In this document: one piece after another, positions 10,039 through 20,332 of the stretch
Layout: each line of letters starts with the position of its first letter
Numbering within the stretch: position 1 is the stretch's first letter
Assembly (NCBI GenBank): GCA_900539595.1
Contig: UQCQ01000001.1
Span: 80,626-144,625, forward strand
Origin: an uncultured Mollicutes bacterium
Lineage (GTDB): Bacteria > Bacillota_I > Bacilli_A > RFN20 > CAG-826
DNA: 64,000 nt
Direction: 5' to 3'
Notes under the pieces: model-generated
Seen by the model: only the letters and a program-made list of their open reading frames with translations
Told to the model about the DNA's origin: nothing
The model's database searches: none
Position numbers and translations under genes: made by a program

Positions 10039-11127
10039 CTAGAACAATTGACCTTGCTTCGGTTCGCCCGCGGCGAGGTCTTTTTCTTCTTCCTCGACAC
10101 TAGTTCCATAGGGGCGAGCGTCATCGCTAGAATAGAAAGGACGATAGAAAAATCTCCCATCCAACGCCATGACTTTCGGGGTGTTTTCCCCTTTGACGGT
10201 TCCGTTATACGCGGCATCCAAAATCAGCATCTTCGCATCCATGTCATCGATCATGGAGATGGCAAGCGCTTCGCGGGTCACGGGCAAAACAGGGCTGCCA
10301 AATTCCATTTTGCCATGGTGAGACAAAATGATGTGTTCAAGAGTGACCGCCACTTCGTAACGATGGAAGATATCCGAATTGGCTTGTCTTTCCTTCTCTT
10401 GCTCTGCGCTAGAAAGGGAGGCGAATTCAAAATAGCCCAAGTTTTTAGCAATCTCGCGAAGCTCGGCATGGCCGAGTGAAATATGGCCAAGCAATTTGCC
10501 TTCCAAGGTATAAACGGTGCCATTAGGACCAGATAGTTCAATTACTTTCCCAATGTCGTGAATCAACGTTCCCGCAAGCATAATATCGCGGTTTAAGGAG
10601 GGATAGATTTCGCATACTTTAAGAGCTAAATCCGTCATGGTTAAGCTATGGAACAGCAATCCCGATGCAAAATTATGATGGTTACGCACGGCAGCCGGCC
10701 ATTGGAGGTAATGATCCATATAACGGTTTAACATCGCCTTCACCAACTCGCCAACAACGGGATCGCGGAAGGAATTCAAATACACGTCTAGCTTCTTTTG
10801 CAAAATATCTTGATCCACGGGAGCACTAGGAACGAAGATGGACCAGTCGATACCTTTTTGATCCAAGGCTTCGGCCGTCTTGATTTTCAGTTGCAAATGG
10901 GAAGCGTATAAAAGGACATTGCCCTGAATCTGGACGACGCTCCCTTTTTCGAAAAGTTTATCATCCTCCGGCTGATAATCCCATTTCTTGCCATCGATCG
11001 TTCCAGAGCAATCTTGAAGGGTCACCGTCAAATAGGGTTTGCCTGCAGAGCTCACGCACTTTTTGGAATCGGCAACTAGATAGGGGCCAAAGACCTCTAC
11101 GCCGTCTTTTAAATCTTTAATCAGCAT
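10039..11127 (-). CDS. yhaM: 3'-5' exoribonuclease YhaM-like (OB-fold plus HD domain)
   Basis: N-terminal OB-fold followed by an HD domain (HSLTMTDLA...IHDIGK...HH). Confidence 0.8.
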   Translation of the reverse strand: MLIKDLKDGVEVFGPYLVADSKKCVSSAGKPYLTVTLQDCSGTIDGKKWDYQPEDDKLFEKGSVVQIQGNVLLYASHLQLKIKTAEALDQKGIDWSIFVPSAPVDQDILQKKLDVYLNSFRDPVVGELVKAMLNRYMDHYLQWPAAVRNHHNFASGLLFHSLTMTDLALKVCEIYPSLNRDIMLAGTLIHDIGKVIELSGPNGTVYTLEGKLLGHISLGHAELREIAKNLGYFEFASLSSAEQEKERQANSDIFHRYEVAVTLEHIILSHHGKMEFGSPVLPVTREALAISMIDDMDAKMLILDAAYNGTVKGENTPKVMALDGRFFYRPFYSSDDARPYGTSVEEEEKDLAAGEPKQGQLF

Positions 11128-11923
11128 TCTCGTTTTCCTCCATCGTATTTTGAATGTCTTGCGATTGGTATCCTTTGCGCATCAACGCTCCAAAGATGCG
11201 TTGACGCAATTCATATCCTTCATATTTCTTCTCGTACCTCGCCCGATAGGTGAAATAATCTTTGAGAAGGGCGTTGCGTTCCGACTCTTCGTCATTGACG
11301 CTCGCGCATTCTTTTGTAGCCAGAATCGCGATATCTTCGTCAAAGCCCCGTTGAATTAAGCCCTGAATCATCTTGGTTTGTTTCTTCGCGTTAGGAGCTT
11401 TTTCGTTCCGTTTATTGAGCAACGCCGCATACCTAAGGGCTTTGTTCTTTTCGTTTTCTTCGTCGAAAACCAGTTTGGAAAGGATTTCGTCTCGAATCCC
11501 TTTTTTCTTTAATTCGTAAAGGATTCTCTTTCGGCCATAGGATTTGAAATCCGCGATATCCGAAGCATAGACTTTCGCGTACATCTCATCGTCCAATAAC
11601 CCAATTTTGATTAAGCGCGAGCAGATGGCGGATATCGTCTCTTGACTGGCTTTTTTGGACTCGAGTTTCGCGGATACTTCATGGATCGTTTTGCTGCTTC
11701 CCGAACAAAGTTTTAGGGCATAATCGTAATATTCGTCCAATTGGGCCGCCTTCTTTAATTGGGCGAATTCCTGAGAAGAAATCTCTTTTCCCTCGTAAAG
11801 GGGCTGATCTGTAAAGCTATGGAGGCCCATTTCCAGTTTGGACCCATCATTAAAAACAACAAGAACGCCTTTCTTTTTTCTTTCTATCGATGCAATAACT
11901 TTACCAGTTTTGACGGACGACAC
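11117..11923 (-). CDS. recX: recombination regulator RecX
   Basis: Repeated helical RecX modules and ~268 aa, the typical length. The likely start is GTG 11923..11921, with GGAGGTG 7 nt upstream, inside the 3' end of the GT4 gene. The track's 286-aa version starts at an upstream TTG. Confidence 0.7.
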   Translation of the reverse strand: MSSVKTGKVIASIERKKKGVLVVFNDGSKLEMGLHSFTDQPLYEGKEISSQEFAQLKKAAQLDEYYDYALKLCSGSSKTIHEVSAKLESKKASQETISAICSRLIKIGLLDDEMYAKVYASDIADFKSYGRKRILYELKKKGIRDEILSKLVFDEENEKNKALRYAALLNKRNEKAPNAKKQTKMIQGLIQRGFDEDIAILATKECASVNDEESERNALLKDYFTYRARYEKKYEGYELRQRIFGALMRKGYQSQDIQNTMEENENAD

Positions 11924-13076
11924 GACGATACACCTCCATGATGTTTTGATAGAACCGCTCCAAAGAATAGACATCAATGATTCCCAAAGCGGACTGAATG
12001 ATTTTTTCTTTGGCTTCTTCTTTTAAATTCATGACATGCTCCAAACGTTCCGGAAAATCCTTTTCGTCAAAAAAGAAGAACCCCGTGGAGCCGTCTTGAA
12101 TCGTTCCGACGAGATTATCGTCGTATCGAGCCAATACCGGCAGCGACGCTGCCATCGCCTCCATAAACGTCAATCCCTGCGTTTCGGTGACGGAAGCGGA
12201 AACGAAGCAATCTCCCAAATGATAGAATTTTTGAGTTTCGTTTGGAGATACCTTCCCCGTGAAAACCACGTTGGATTCGATTTGAAGTTCGTGAGCAAGG
12301 TCTTGTAGTTCTTTTTCAGCAGGCCCCCAGCCCGTAATGACGAATTTAGTTTTACGGGACGGAGAATTCTTAAGGAAACGGGCATAGCCACGAAGCAACA
12401 CATCGATGGATTTTTCTTTCGCTACGCGGCCCAAAGACAATACCACATATTCATCCGGCTGGATTCCGTATTTTCTTTTCAATTCTTCTGTTTCCGATTT
12501 ATTTTCGTTTTTCAAAGAGAATCGCTCAAAATCGATGCCGGTAGGGATAACGGCCACATTGGCGTCAACCCCCACCATACGAAGATAGTCGTAAGTTTTT
12601 TCGCTGGGAGAGATAATCGCACCAAAATCCCTTGTTTTTTCCCGGTAAAAAGCACGGATGCAGTGTCTAGCAACGCGGTCGAAATGCCCGTGGGTAATGT
12701 AATAGGTATAGTCCTCAATCATCGTATGGAAGGTGTAGATCTTTCCGATGTGAAGCTGATCCGCCATCATCGAGCCAAAGATGCCAACGCTGGAATCGGT
12801 TTGAACGTGAATCACGTTAGGATGAAAATCACGAATGATTTGAGCGGCCTTTCGGTTATAAGGGGTAGGGAGGCGATAATTGTAAAGACGCTTCAATTGA
12901 ATGCCCGGGACACGGACGACACCATCTTCATAGGCAAACTGGTTGCCATAGGGGTTGGTCGTGACAACCAAAACCCTCTCTCCGTGCGCCTTTAAAGTAG
13001 TAGCCAAGTTATAGGTGGAGGTGGCTACCCCATTAATTTCGGGTGGGTAGGTATCCGAGAAAAGAACGATATTCAT
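11901..13076 (-). CDS. family GT4 (GT-B) glycosyltransferase, likely a glycolipid glycosyltransferase
   Basis: N-terminus NIVLFSDTYPPEINGVATS and C-terminal GT4 signature (E...TQGLTFMEAMAASLPV). ATG 13076 with GGGAGA, 2 nt after the upstream stop (TAACGATG). Confidence 0.8.
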   Translation of the reverse strand: MNIVLFSDTYPPEINGVATSTYNLATTLKAHGERVLVVTTNPYGNQFAYEDGVVRVPGIQLKRLYNYRLPTPYNRKAAQIIRDFHPNVIHVQTDSSVGIFGSMMADQLHIGKIYTFHTMIEDYTYYITHGHFDRVARHCIRAFYREKTRDFGAIISPSEKTYDYLRMVGVDANVAVIPTGIDFERFSLKNENKSETEELKRKYGIQPDEYVVLSLGRVAKEKSIDVLLRGYARFLKNSPSRKTKFVITGWGPAEKELQDLAHELQIESNVVFTGKVSPNETQKFYHLGDCFVSASVTETQGLTFMEAMAASLPVLARYDDNLVGTIQDGSTGFFFFDEKDFPERLEHVMNLKEEAKEKIIQSALGIIDVYSLERFYQNIMEVYRRVVRQNW

Positions 13077-13078
13077 CG

Positions 13079-14614
13079 TTAAATCTCCCAGTTGGACCAT
13101 CCGGATTCTTCGCTTTGGTCCTTCTTTTTCTTCTCTTTTTTCCGCTTAACCTTTTTGGGTTTTTCTTCTTGGATGGGGAGGGGGCTGGTCTCCGTATTGC
13201 GGCGGCGGCTTCTCCGCTGTTCTTTTTCCGGTTCTTGGCCGACTTTCATGTAGGTGGAAGATAAGTCGGTGGTATGGGAATTGATGGGGTCTTGCGTGGT
13301 CAAAGCTTCTGCCTCTTCCTCGCTCTTTTTGCGGAACGTGGCCGTTAAGCGGCGTTGCATTTCCTTGCGAGAGAATTGGCTGGTCTCATACATGGTGTCC
13401 GCGGAACGCTTACGTTCATCAAAGGTCTCAAGTTGCAAAGTGACATAGGTTTTTCGGGAAGCAAATTCGGGGGCAGCCCCGCCACGAGAATGATAGAAGG
13501 CGCTGACGACCCCCGAAATCAATAAAACGATATGGAAGGTTGCGCTACGCCAAAGGATCTGGGTGGCCGAAATAACACCTTGGCTGGAACCAAAGAAATT
13601 GGTGAAGATGGCGTTATAGAAGATTTCAGCAACACCAGCACTTCCCGGAAGAGGAATCAAACCTGTGACCATTTGGTGGAAGGCCATGAGGAAGGAGGCG
13701 CGGACCATGGAATTCCCATAGTTTTTCAAAGAGACAAAAACAAAATGCGTGTCCTCTCCCCACGCATGCATCGCAAGGCCACAGAAATAAGGCACGGAGA
13801 AACGGAAGAAAATGAGGATAAGGAACAAAGTGAAGAGGAGAATCAAAACAGGGATATTGGACTGCAAACGGCGCAACTCGATTTTGAAGTTTTCAACCTG
13901 AACGCGTAAAGATTCGCGGGTTTTATCAGGGTGCTTCAAAAGATGGATTTTTCCTAAAAAGCCAATGACGTAATGCAAAATGAAATTGTGGAGACGGTGA
14001 CTATAACTCATGACGAACAGAATGAGGATAACGGACAAATTGATGACGAAGCCGATAATAATGAGCGGCCACATCGGAACGGTAAAAGAATAGTCGAATA
14101 ACGTAATGACGGGATTAATGCCAATCATGGTGTTCCACTCAAAGATAAGGGCCACCCCACCAAAAATAATCAACGCGGATTGGTACAAAATGAAGAACAT
14201 GACCATGATGGAAGCGCCATTAGAAACCAAGATTCCCTGGCTCTTCATCGTATAGACCTGCATGACCTGTCCCCCACTCGACCCCGGGGTGACGTCACTA
14301 TAGAATTGGCCAACAAGGGCGCAGGCTAAACCCTGGTGAAAACGATATTTTCGTGTATAGAGCCGGCAGAAGATAACCAGGATCAAAGCTTCAATGCAAT
14401 AAGTGAGGGCAACGACGCCAAACGTAAGCAAAACATAACGCCAGTCTGATTGGCTAAAGGCCGTCATGGCATCGTTAAAATTATCGCCCCAAAGCGAAAT
14501 GACCAAAGAAATCGCGGTGGCAACGAGAACGACGACGATGTAGATGAGATATTTGAACCGCTGAGACTTTTTCTTAGGTGGCTCTTGGTTGGTATTCATT
14601 TGATATTCGGCCAT
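13079..14614 (-). CDS. integral membrane protein of the UPF0104 / LPG-synthase transmembrane (flippase-like) family with a poly-Lys/Glu C-terminal tail
   Basis: About 8 TM helices. Family-like stretch QVYTMKSQGI...; the C-terminus reads KPKKVKRKKEKKKKDQSEESG. Confidence 0.7.
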   Translation of the reverse strand: MAEYQMNTNQEPPKKKSQRFKYLIYIVVVLVATAISLVISLWGDNFNDAMTAFSQSDWRYVLLTFGVVALTYCIEALILVIFCRLYTRKYRFHQGLACALVGQFYSDVTPGSSGGQVMQVYTMKSQGILVSNGASIMVMFFILYQSALIIFGGVALIFEWNTMIGINPVITLFDYSFTVPMWPLIIIGFVINLSVILILFVMSYSHRLHNFILHYVIGFLGKIHLLKHPDKTRESLRVQVENFKIELRRLQSNIPVLILLFTLFLILIFFRFSVPYFCGLAMHAWGEDTHFVFVSLKNYGNSMVRASFLMAFHQMVTGLIPLPGSAGVAEIFYNAIFTNFFGSSQGVISATQILWRSATFHIVLLISGVVSAFYHSRGGAAPEFASRKTYVTLQLETFDERKRSADTMYETSQFSRKEMQRRLTATFRKKSEEEAEALTTQDPINSHTTDLSSTYMKVGQEPEKEQRRSRRRNTETSPLPIQEEKPKKVKRKKEKKKKDQSEESGWSNWEI

Positions 14615-14616
14615 GG

Positions 14617-14647
14617 GCTAGTCTATTTTAGACTAGTTCCTAGGAAC
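14617..14647. promoter_or_regulatory. two abutting CTAG-rich perfect palindromes (CTAGTCTAttttTAGACTAG and GTTCCTAGGAAC) immediately upstream of the membrane-protein start
   Basis: Read directly. Contains AGGAACTAGT in gene orientation. The same 10-mer precedes the degV ATG. Confidence 0.3.
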
Positions 14648-14698
14648 ATGAAACCCATCCCCAGTGAAAACAAAGAAAAACGGAAGAGATTCCAAATT

Positions 14699-15454
14699 TT
14701 ATTTTTCACGCTTCTTAGGGTCAAAATGGGGCATCGGAAGGAGTTTATGCAGGTTCATTCGATGCAAGCGATCGATTCTTTCTTTCGTGGTTAAATCCGC
14801 GCATTCTCCCGTTTGAATATAGTGATCCAAAGTCGCATAGGTGAAGCCTAGTTTATCTTCATCGCTGCAACCAGATAGGCCGTCGCTAGGTGTCTTATCC
14901 ACAAGATGAGAAGGTAATCCCAGGACCCTTCCTATTTGTTTTACTTCTTCCACCAAAAGAAGCATTAAAGGACTCACGTCCCCCGCGGAATCACCGAATT
15001 TGGTGGAATAGCCTACATAATCTTCGCTGCGATTGCAGGTATTGATGACGCGTCCTCCCCCTTCTATGGACTGCGCCACGGCATAAAGAGTTGCCATGCG
15101 CAAACGAGGCGGCAAATTAATCCGAGCATCATGACTCAAAGAACAGGATGCCTCTATGTCCTTCTTCATGCCAAGGAACCCGTCGTTAATATTGATTTCC
15201 ATAAAGGGGATATCTAAAAAGCGAACCAAGGAACGAGCATCTTCGATGTCGCTTTGAACTCCATTGGGCATTAAAACGCCTAAAACCCTTTCTTTCCCAA
15301 GGGCTTTCACGCACAAAGCCGCGCAAACAGAAGAATCTTTTCCGCCAGAAATCCCAATAACCGCCTTGCATTTTGGACCATTGTTCTCAAAATAATCCAC
15401 CAGCCATCGAATCAATTCTTCCGCTGTTCTTTCAGGATTTTCTAGCATCTTCAC
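14699..15454 (-). CDS. nadE: NH3-dependent NAD+ synthetase
   Basis: SGGKDS PP-loop. Length 251 aa. Confidence 0.9.
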   Translation of the reverse strand: MKMLENPERTAEELIRWLVDYFENNGPKCKAVIGISGGKDSSVCAALCVKALGKERVLGVLMPNGVQSDIEDARSLVRFLDIPFMEININDGFLGMKKDIEASCSLSHDARINLPPRLRMATLYAVAQSIEGGGRVINTCNRSEDYVGYSTKFGDSAGDVSPLMLLLVEEVKQIGRVLGLPSHLVDKTPSDGLSGCSDEDKLGFTYATLDHYIQTGECADLTTKERIDRLHRMNLHKLLPMPHFDPKKREK

Positions 15455-15578
15455 TCCCTCCTCTTTTTCACCATTATTCTACGCATTCTTTTTGGATAAA
15501 AAAGCCCGTGAAATACCTCGAATTATGTTGACATTTTTCACCATGATACTAGCATTAAAACCGAAAGGAACTAGTTTT

Positions 15579-16463
15579 ATGAACTATATACTTAGCGCTA
15601 CCTCCACCGCCGACCTCACCAAAGAGGAATTCCGCAATCGGAACATTCATTATCTTTGTTTCCATTTCAACCTCAACGGAGTCGATTACGTCGATGATTT
15701 AGGACAATCCATCCCCTTCGACGAATTCTATGAACGCATGTCCAAGGGTGAAATGACCAAAACCAGCCAGCCCTCCACTGGAGACTACATCGACTACTTC
15801 ACGCCATTCCTTCAAGAAGGGAAAGACATCTTGCACGTCAGCCTTTCCAGCGGGTTAAGTGGCGAATACAACTCGGCAAACCTCGCTGCAGAAATGCTCA
15901 AGGATCAATTCCCTGAACGCAAAATCCGCATCGTGGATAGTTTGGGTGCTTCCAGCGGCTACGGCTTGTTCATGGATAAATTAGCCGATTTACGGGATGA
16001 AGGCATGGGATTAGACGAACTAGGCGATTGGGCCGAGGAACACCGCCTTGAGCTCCACCATTTCTTCTTCTCCACCGATTTGAAATATTATGTCCGCGGC
16101 GGTCGCGTTACCCCCATCGCCGGTTTCTTCGGAAACTTGCTTAACATTTGTCCCTTGCTCCATATGGATGAGAATGGGAAGCTCATTCCGTTAGAAAAAG
16201 TCCACGGAACCAAAAAGGTGGAAAAGCGAATCGTCGAGAAAATGGTTGAAAACGCTAACGATGGACTCGACTATAACGGAAAAGTCTTTATCTCGATGTC
16301 TCACTGCATGGATCTTGCAATGCCCGTGAAAAACATGGTCGATGAAAAATTCAAGAACATGAACGGAAAAGTCGTCATCCATTCTATTGGAACCACGATT
16401 GGATCCCATACGGGGCCTGGCACGGTCGCCCTCTTCTTCTGGGGCAAAAGCCGCGCGAAATAA
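15579..16463 (+). CDS. DegV-family fatty-acid-binding protein
   Basis: DegV fold motifs. ATG 15579 with RBS AAAGGAA. The track start is an upstream non-ATG extension. Confidence 0.8.
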   Translation: MNYILSATSTADLTKEEFRNRNIHYLCFHFNLNGVDYVDDLGQSIPFDEFYERMSKGEMTKTSQPSTGDYIDYFTPFLQEGKDILHVSLSSGLSGEYNSANLAAEMLKDQFPERKIRIVDSLGASSGYGLFMDKLADLRDEGMGLDELGDWAEEHRLELHHFFFSTDLKYYVRGGRVTPIAGFFGNLLNICPLLHMDENGKLIPLEKVHGTKKVEKRIVEKMVENANDGLDYNGKVFISMSHCMDLAMPVKNMVDEKFKNMNGKVVIHSIGTTIGSHTGPGTVALFFWGKSRAK

Positions 16464-16482
16464 TTCGCATCTCTAACATAAA

Positions 16483-16506
16483 AACGGCAGGGGGCCTGCC
16501 GTTTTC
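16483..16506. terminator. bidirectional rho-independent terminator between degV and pflB
   Basis: AAACGGCAGG ggg CCTGCCGTTT, flanked by an A-run and a T-run. Confidence 0.7.
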
Positions 16507-16521
16507 TTGTTGTTCTACCAA

Positions 16522-18774
16522 TTAGAGCGATTCGTGCGCGTGACGAGCGATAACGTCTAGTTGCTGTTCTTTCGTCAAATCGATGAACTTAACCGCATAA
16601 CCAGAGACGCGGATCGTGAAATTCGCATATTCGGGTTTTTCCGGGTGCTCCATCGCGTCTTTAAGCTTATCGATGCCGAAGACGTTGACGTTAAGGTGAT
16701 GGGCGCCTTTATCAAAGTAGCCATCGAGAATACAGACGAGGTTTTTCACTCGTTCCGCATCCGTTTTCCCAAGAGTATTCGGAGCAATCGTCTGGGTGTT
16801 GGAAATGCCATCTAACGCATATTCATACGGAAGTTTTGCTACCGAATTGAGGGAAGCGAGCAAGCCGTTTTTCTCCGCTCCATAGGCAGGGTTAGCACCC
16901 GGGGAGAGCGGTTCTCCCGCTTTGCGGCCGTCCGGCATCGAACCCGTGGCTTTGCCATAAACGACATTGGAAGTAATCGTGAGGATCGAGGTCGTGGGCT
17001 CGGAATCGCGGTAGGTGTGGTGCTTCTTGATCTTCTTCATGAAGGTTTTCAGCAACCAAACGGCGATGTCGTCCGCGCGATCATCGTCATTGCCATAACG
17101 GGGGAAGTCGCCTTCGATTTCATAATCCACGACTAGACCCGTTTCGTCACGGATGGTCTTGACTTTGGCGTAGCGAATCGCGGAAAGGCTATCGACAACA
17201 TGGGAGAATCCCGCGATCCCTGTAGCAAACGTGCGGCGAACATCCGTATCGATGAGGGCCATTTCGGCGGCTTCGTAATAATAACGGTCATGCATATATT
17301 GGATGAGGTTCAAGACATTCACATAAATGCCCGCGAGCCATTCCATCATGTCGTCATAGCGTGCCATGACTTCGTCGTAATCCAAATATTCGGAAGTAAT
17401 CGGGCGGTAACGTGGACCCACTTGATCGTGCGTTTTTTCGTCAACGCCGCCGTTAATCGCGTAAAGCAAGCACTTAGCCAAGTTCGCGCGGGCGCCGAAG
17501 AATTGCATTTCTTTGCCGGTTTCGGTTGCAGAGACGCAGCAGCAAATCGAATAGTCGTCTCCCCAAATTGGGCGCATCACATCATCGTTTTCATATTGGA
17601 TGGAGCTGGTTTTCACCGAAATATTCGCCGCATAGGACTTAAATCCTGCAGGAAGGCGCTTCGAATACAAAACCGTGAGGTTGGGTTCGGGAGCAGGGCC
17701 CATGTTCTCTAGGGTGTGAAGGAAACGGAAATCGCTTTTGGTCACTAGGCTGCGGCCATCTTGCCCCATACCGCCAACTTCCAGGGTCGCCCAAACGGGG
17801 TCACCAGAGAAAAGTTGATTGTAGGAAGGGATGCGGGCGAATTTGACCATGCGGAGTTTCATGACGAGGTGATCGATGAGCTCTTGGGCTTCCGTTTCAG
17901 TAAGGATGCCTTTGCGTAAATCGCGTTCGATATAAATATCCAGGAACGTGGAGATACGGCCTACAGACATGGCAGCGCCATTTTGCGTGCGGATGGCGGC
18001 AAGGTAACCAAAATAGAGCCATTGCACCGCTTCTTTGGCGTCTTTGGCCGGTTGAGAAATATCAAAACCAAACGAGGCAGCCATTTGTTTCATTTCGCGG
18101 AGCGCCTTCATCTGATCCGCGATTTCTTCGCGCAGGCGGATGACATCTTCCGTCATCGTGCCATCGCCGCATTCGGCGAGATCTTCTTCTTTTTTCGCTA
18201 GCAAAAAATCGATGCCATAAAGGGCAACGCGGCGATAATCGCCAACGATTCTGCCGCGGCCATAGGCATCGGGAAGACCCGTTAAGATTTTGTTGTGACG
18301 GACTAATTTCATCTCCGGGGTATAGACATCAAAGACCGCTTGGTTATGGGTTTTGTGATAATCCGTGAAGATTTTGTGGAGTTCAGGGTTGGGGGTATAG
18401 CCATAGGTTTGGCAGGCTTTTTCCGCCATCTTGATGCCACCATAAGGCATGAAGGCGCGCTTTAAAGGCTTATCGGTTTGCAAGCCGACCACCTTTTCCA
18501 ATTCTTTCGTTTTATCGCCAATATAAGCGGGACCGTAGGCGTTAATGGAGGAAACCACCTCGGTTTCCATATCCAAAACACCGCCTTTGGCACGTTCTTG
18601 ATGCTGAAGATCCTGCACCATGTTCCAAAGCGTTTCGGTTGCGTCGGTCGGCCCTTCCAAAAAGGAAGCGTCTCCTTGATATTCCGTATAGTTTCGTTGA
18701 ATGAAGTCACGAACGTTGACGTCTTCATTCCAATGTCCGGGGGCAAAGCCCTCCCATTGTAATTTCTGTTCCAT
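16522..18774 (-). CDS. pflB: formate C-acetyltransferase (pyruvate formate-lyase)
   Basis: 751 aa from ATG 18774, which has AAAGGAGGG 6 nt upstream. Glycyl-radical C-terminal region RVSGYAV. The track adds 23 codons from an upstream TTG. Confidence 0.9.
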   Translation of the reverse strand: MEQKLQWEGFAPGHWNEDVNVRDFIQRNYTEYQGDASFLEGPTDATETLWNMVQDLQHQERAKGGVLDMETEVVSSINAYGPAYIGDKTKELEKVVGLQTDKPLKRAFMPYGGIKMAEKACQTYGYTPNPELHKIFTDYHKTHNQAVFDVYTPEMKLVRHNKILTGLPDAYGRGRIVGDYRRVALYGIDFLLAKKEEDLAECGDGTMTEDVIRLREEIADQMKALREMKQMAASFGFDISQPAKDAKEAVQWLYFGYLAAIRTQNGAAMSVGRISTFLDIYIERDLRKGILTETEAQELIDHLVMKLRMVKFARIPSYNQLFSGDPVWATLEVGGMGQDGRSLVTKSDFRFLHTLENMGPAPEPNLTVLYSKRLPAGFKSYAANISVKTSSIQYENDDVMRPIWGDDYSICCCVSATETGKEMQFFGARANLAKCLLYAINGGVDEKTHDQVGPRYRPITSEYLDYDEVMARYDDMMEWLAGIYVNVLNLIQYMHDRYYYEAAEMALIDTDVRRTFATGIAGFSHVVDSLSAIRYAKVKTIRDETGLVVDYEIEGDFPRYGNDDDRADDIAVWLLKTFMKKIKKHHTYRDSEPTTSILTITSNVVYGKATGSMPDGRKAGEPLSPGANPAYGAEKNGLLASLNSVAKLPYEYALDGISNTQTIAPNTLGKTDAERVKNLVCILDGYFDKGAHHLNVNVFGIDKLKDAMEHPEKPEYANFTIRVSGYAVKFIDLTKEQQLDVIARHAHESL

Positions 18775-18829
18775 GTTATCCCTCCTTTGGGGGCATGCAA
18801 TATTTTGAGAGTTTAGAGGAAGCGTTTCT

Positions 18830-18843
18830 TTGATTTCAATCAA
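18830..18843 (-). promoter_or_regulatory. FNR/CRP-family box TTGATTTCAATCAA upstream of pflB
   Basis: Perfect TTGAT-N4-ATCAA, centred ~62 nt upstream of the pflB ATG, between pflA and pflB. Confidence 0.65.
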
Positions 18844-18850
18844 TTTCGCT

Positions 18851-19576
18851 TCATTTTTTTACAAGAATGTTTTCCGCGTTTTTTACCCGTTCATTCGAGG
18901 GGGGTTCTACTTTTCCAAGCAAATAATCCAAATGAAGCTCTTTCCATTTGAATTCCCCCATTTTATGGAAGGGGAGCACTTCCACCCGTTCCACGTTATG
19001 GAGGTTATCGATGAAACGACGGGTTGCATTCAAATCCTCGTCGAAATCCGTGTATCCCGGCACTAAGACATGGCGAATCCACACGGGCTTATGGATTTCA
19101 TCCAAATAACGAAGCATATCAAGAATATTTTCATTGCTTTTGCCCGTTAGAACACGATGCTTTTTGCTATCGATTTCTTTGATATCGACAAGCAACAAGT
19201 CCGTTACCTTCATAAGGCCTTGGAAGCGGGGGAAGAATGGCTCTTCTCTTGTAAATGGGGATCCCGAAGTATCGATGCAGGTGGATATCCCTTTTTCTTT
19301 GGCTTTCGTAAATAGTTCCGTCAAGAATTCGATTTGAAGCAAGGGTTCTCCTCCACTGACGGTGATGCCGCCTTCTTCGCCCCAATAAGATCGATAACGT
19401 AACGCTTGTTCCAGAATAGAATCCGCTGAGCGGAGTTCTCCACCAGGAGTAGCCCACGTATCGGGGTTATGGCAATAAAGACAACGCAAAGGACAGCCTT
19501 TCAAAAAGATAACAAAACGGATTCCCGGGCCATCCAGGGATCCAAACGTTTCGATCGAATGAATGTTTCCTTGCAT
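18851..19576 (-). CDS. pflA: pyruvate formate-lyase activating enzyme (radical SAM)
   Basis: [11 protein letters not shown] radical-SAM motif. RBS GAGAGGA. Confidence 0.9.
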   Translation of the reverse strand: MQGNIHSIETFGSLDGPGIRFVIFLKGCPLRCLYCHNPDTWATPGGELRSADSILEQALRYRSYWGEEGGITVSGGEPLLQIEFLTELFTKAKEKGISTCIDTSGSPFTREEPFFPRFQGLMKVTDLLLVDIKEIDSKKHRVLTGKSNENILDMLRYLDEIHKPVWIRHVLVPGYTDFDEDLNATRRFIDNLHNVERVEVLPFHKMGEFKWKELHLDYLLGKVEPPSNERVKNAENILVKK

Positions 19577-19591
19577 CTAAAATCCTCTCAG

Positions 19592-19645
19592 CACGCTTAT
19601 TATCTTTTTAAAATATCGAAACTTCCTTGATTTCAATCAAGAATT
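19592..19645 (-). promoter_or_regulatory. class II FNR-type promoter of pflA: FNR box TTGATTTCAATCAA (19627..19640) centred about -41.5 from a GATAAT -10 (19604..19599)
   Basis: Box and spacing read directly. The box is identical to the one upstream of pflB. It overlaps the stop codon of the fnr-like gene. Confidence 0.6.
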
Positions 19646-20332
19646 GACAATTTCTACCAACGCATCGAAATCGCAGATTCGAAAAGCAGAACGTCCCTTC
19701 TTTTCCAAGACACCATCTTGCAGCAATTCGCTGATTTTTCGAGATACCGTCTCGGGGCGAAGGGATACCGCCGAAGCAATATCGCTTAATTTCATCGAGA
19801 AGGTATCACGGTGAAACTGCGAAGCGCGATAAGCAAATAGTCGAGCGATTTTGGCTTTGGGGTCTGTGGTAGACAGAATCATATTTCGTTCATTCGCATC
19901 GTGAAGTTTTTTCGAAAGGATCTCGATCACGGACAAAGCGCCGCGCCCATCCTTTAGATGATTCCGGACGATGGAGACGGGAACTTTGCAGACCACCACT
20001 TCATCCATGGCAATGCCATGGAAGGGGAAAGTGGGTTGTTCAAGAAATAAACCCTCCCAAATCCATTCTTCCTTACCGAAAAACGCAACAATCTTTTCTC
20101 TGCCGTCCGAATCGTAATTTACAAGTTTGATGTTCCCTTTATGAATCAAGTAAAGGGAGTCGGCAGGATCGCCAAGAGAAAAAATCGAATCGCCTTTTTG
20201 GTAAGTCGACTGAATCGCCGAAGTAAAAAGCAAATCCTTTTTCCCTTGCTTCTTGTCGTCCTCAAAAAGCCACGCGGATACACATGGAGAGGGGCATTGT
20301 TGGCATGGCGTCTTGGTTTTCATAAATAACAT
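19637..20332 (-). CDS. fnr: Crp/Fnr-family transcriptional regulator with an N-terminal Cys cluster (FNR-like O2 sensor)
   Basis: cNMP-binding fold plus C-terminal HTH (RPETVSRKISELL). N-terminal CQQCPSPC plus a further Cys. The start is ambiguous: ATG 20332 or 20323, or the track's TTG at 20392. Confidence 0.75.
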   Translation of the reverse strand: MLFMKTKTPCQQCPSPCVSAWLFEDDKKQGKKDLLFTSAIQSTYQKGDSIFSLGDPADSLYLIHKGNIKLVNYDSDGREKIVAFFGKEEWIWEGLFLEQPTFPFHGIAMDEVVVCKVPVSIVRNHLKDGRGALSVIEILSKKLHDANERNMILSTTDPKAKIARLFAYRASQFHRDTFSMKLSDIASAVSLRPETVSRKISELLQDGVLEKKGRSAFRICDFDALVEIVNS

